Origin: an uncultured Acidimicrobiia bacterium
GTDB lineage: Bacteria; Actinomycetota; Acidimicrobiia; Spongiisociales; UBA11373
Reading direction: 5' to 3'
Assembly: GCA_963796115.1 (NCBI GenBank)
Contig: CAWCKE010000005.1
Span: forward strand, 379,455-443,454
DNA: 64,000 nt
Under the pieces are notes generated by a model. The model saw only the letters and a list, made by a program, of their open reading frames with translations. It made no database searches and was not told where the DNA came from. A program made the translations under genes and the position numbers. Positions within the stretch are counted from its first letter, which is position 1. Each line of letters begins with the position of its first letter. Shown piece by piece: positions 63,745 through 64,000 of the stretch.

Positions 63745-64000
63745 CCGAAGCGCTCGAGGGCCGGCTGAGCCAGCTCGGCGAACAGGGCGCGATCGCGGGG
63801 AGTGAAGTAGTTGACCCAGTCGCCGGCCGTGCCCTTCCGCCGGCCGCTGCTGAGGTCCATCTGCCCTGCGCTCCGCCCGCCGGACATCTTCTCGAAGGAG
63901 GTGCGCTCGATGACCTCGTCCACCAGGGCCGGGGTGTGCTCGGCTCCGATGAACGAGAAGACCTGCTCGACGGCGGCATGGCGGTCGGCGAGCAGGTCCT
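63675..64000 (-). CDS. Sulfotransferase-domain protein, C-terminal part only; continues beyond window end
   Basis: RKGTAGDWVNYFTPRDRALF (Sulfotransfer_1 C-terminal RKGxxGDWKNxFT motif); reading frame open to position 64000. Confidence 0.6.
   Translation of the reverse strand, partial: DLLADRHAAVEQVFSFIGAEHTPALVDEVIERTSFEKMSGGRSAGQMDLSSGRRKGTAGDWVNYFTPRDRALFAELAQPALERFGYEPDGSWAPLIPRLPARSWAAG

Overview
This is a 64 kb window of very high-GC (~72%) bacterial chromosome. Gene content and order point to an Actinobacterium: there is clear synteny with the mycobacterial Rv3248c–Rv3267 cell-envelope region (sahH, PGI/PMI, pmm, DUF3499, fbiA/fbiB, LCP) and with the comF–hpf–secA block. I call about 60 genes.

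Main features:
- CoA-transferase A/B and a P5C-dehydrogenase-like ALDH at the left end.
- An RTX-repeat secreted protein and a class A PBP.
- Tandem MoeA paralogues, one fused to a periplasmic-binding-protein-like domain.
- A complete cydABDC locus.
- A GT2–polytopic-membrane synthase with a translationally coupled secreted beta-repeat partner.
- A mannose-activation/mannosyltransferase cluster.
- An FtsH-like paralogue with a TrkA-C partner.
- An orphan LuxR response regulator and a HEAT-repeat protein.
- secA, a lipoprotein serpin, and a degraded HNH/DUF222–SRPBCC–M23 islet.
- prfB with its canonical programmed +1 frameshift, then ftsEX–smpB–ssrA (tmRNA).
- adenosine deaminase and a flippase–epimerase–WecA-like–LCP wall-glycopolymer cluster.
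- A BMP-type ABC transporter and a sulfotransferase fragment at the right end.

The dominant caveat: at least 25 single-nucleotide indels split otherwise well-conserved genes (ALDH, lpdA-like, cydB/C/D, epimerase, cofD, serpin, ABC ATPase and others). The ones I resolved sit in short G/C homopolymer runs. This looks like consensus error, but some could be genuine pseudogenes. Gene boundaries below are therefore given on reconstructed reading frames. No rRNA, tRNA, CRISPR array or intact IS element was seen.
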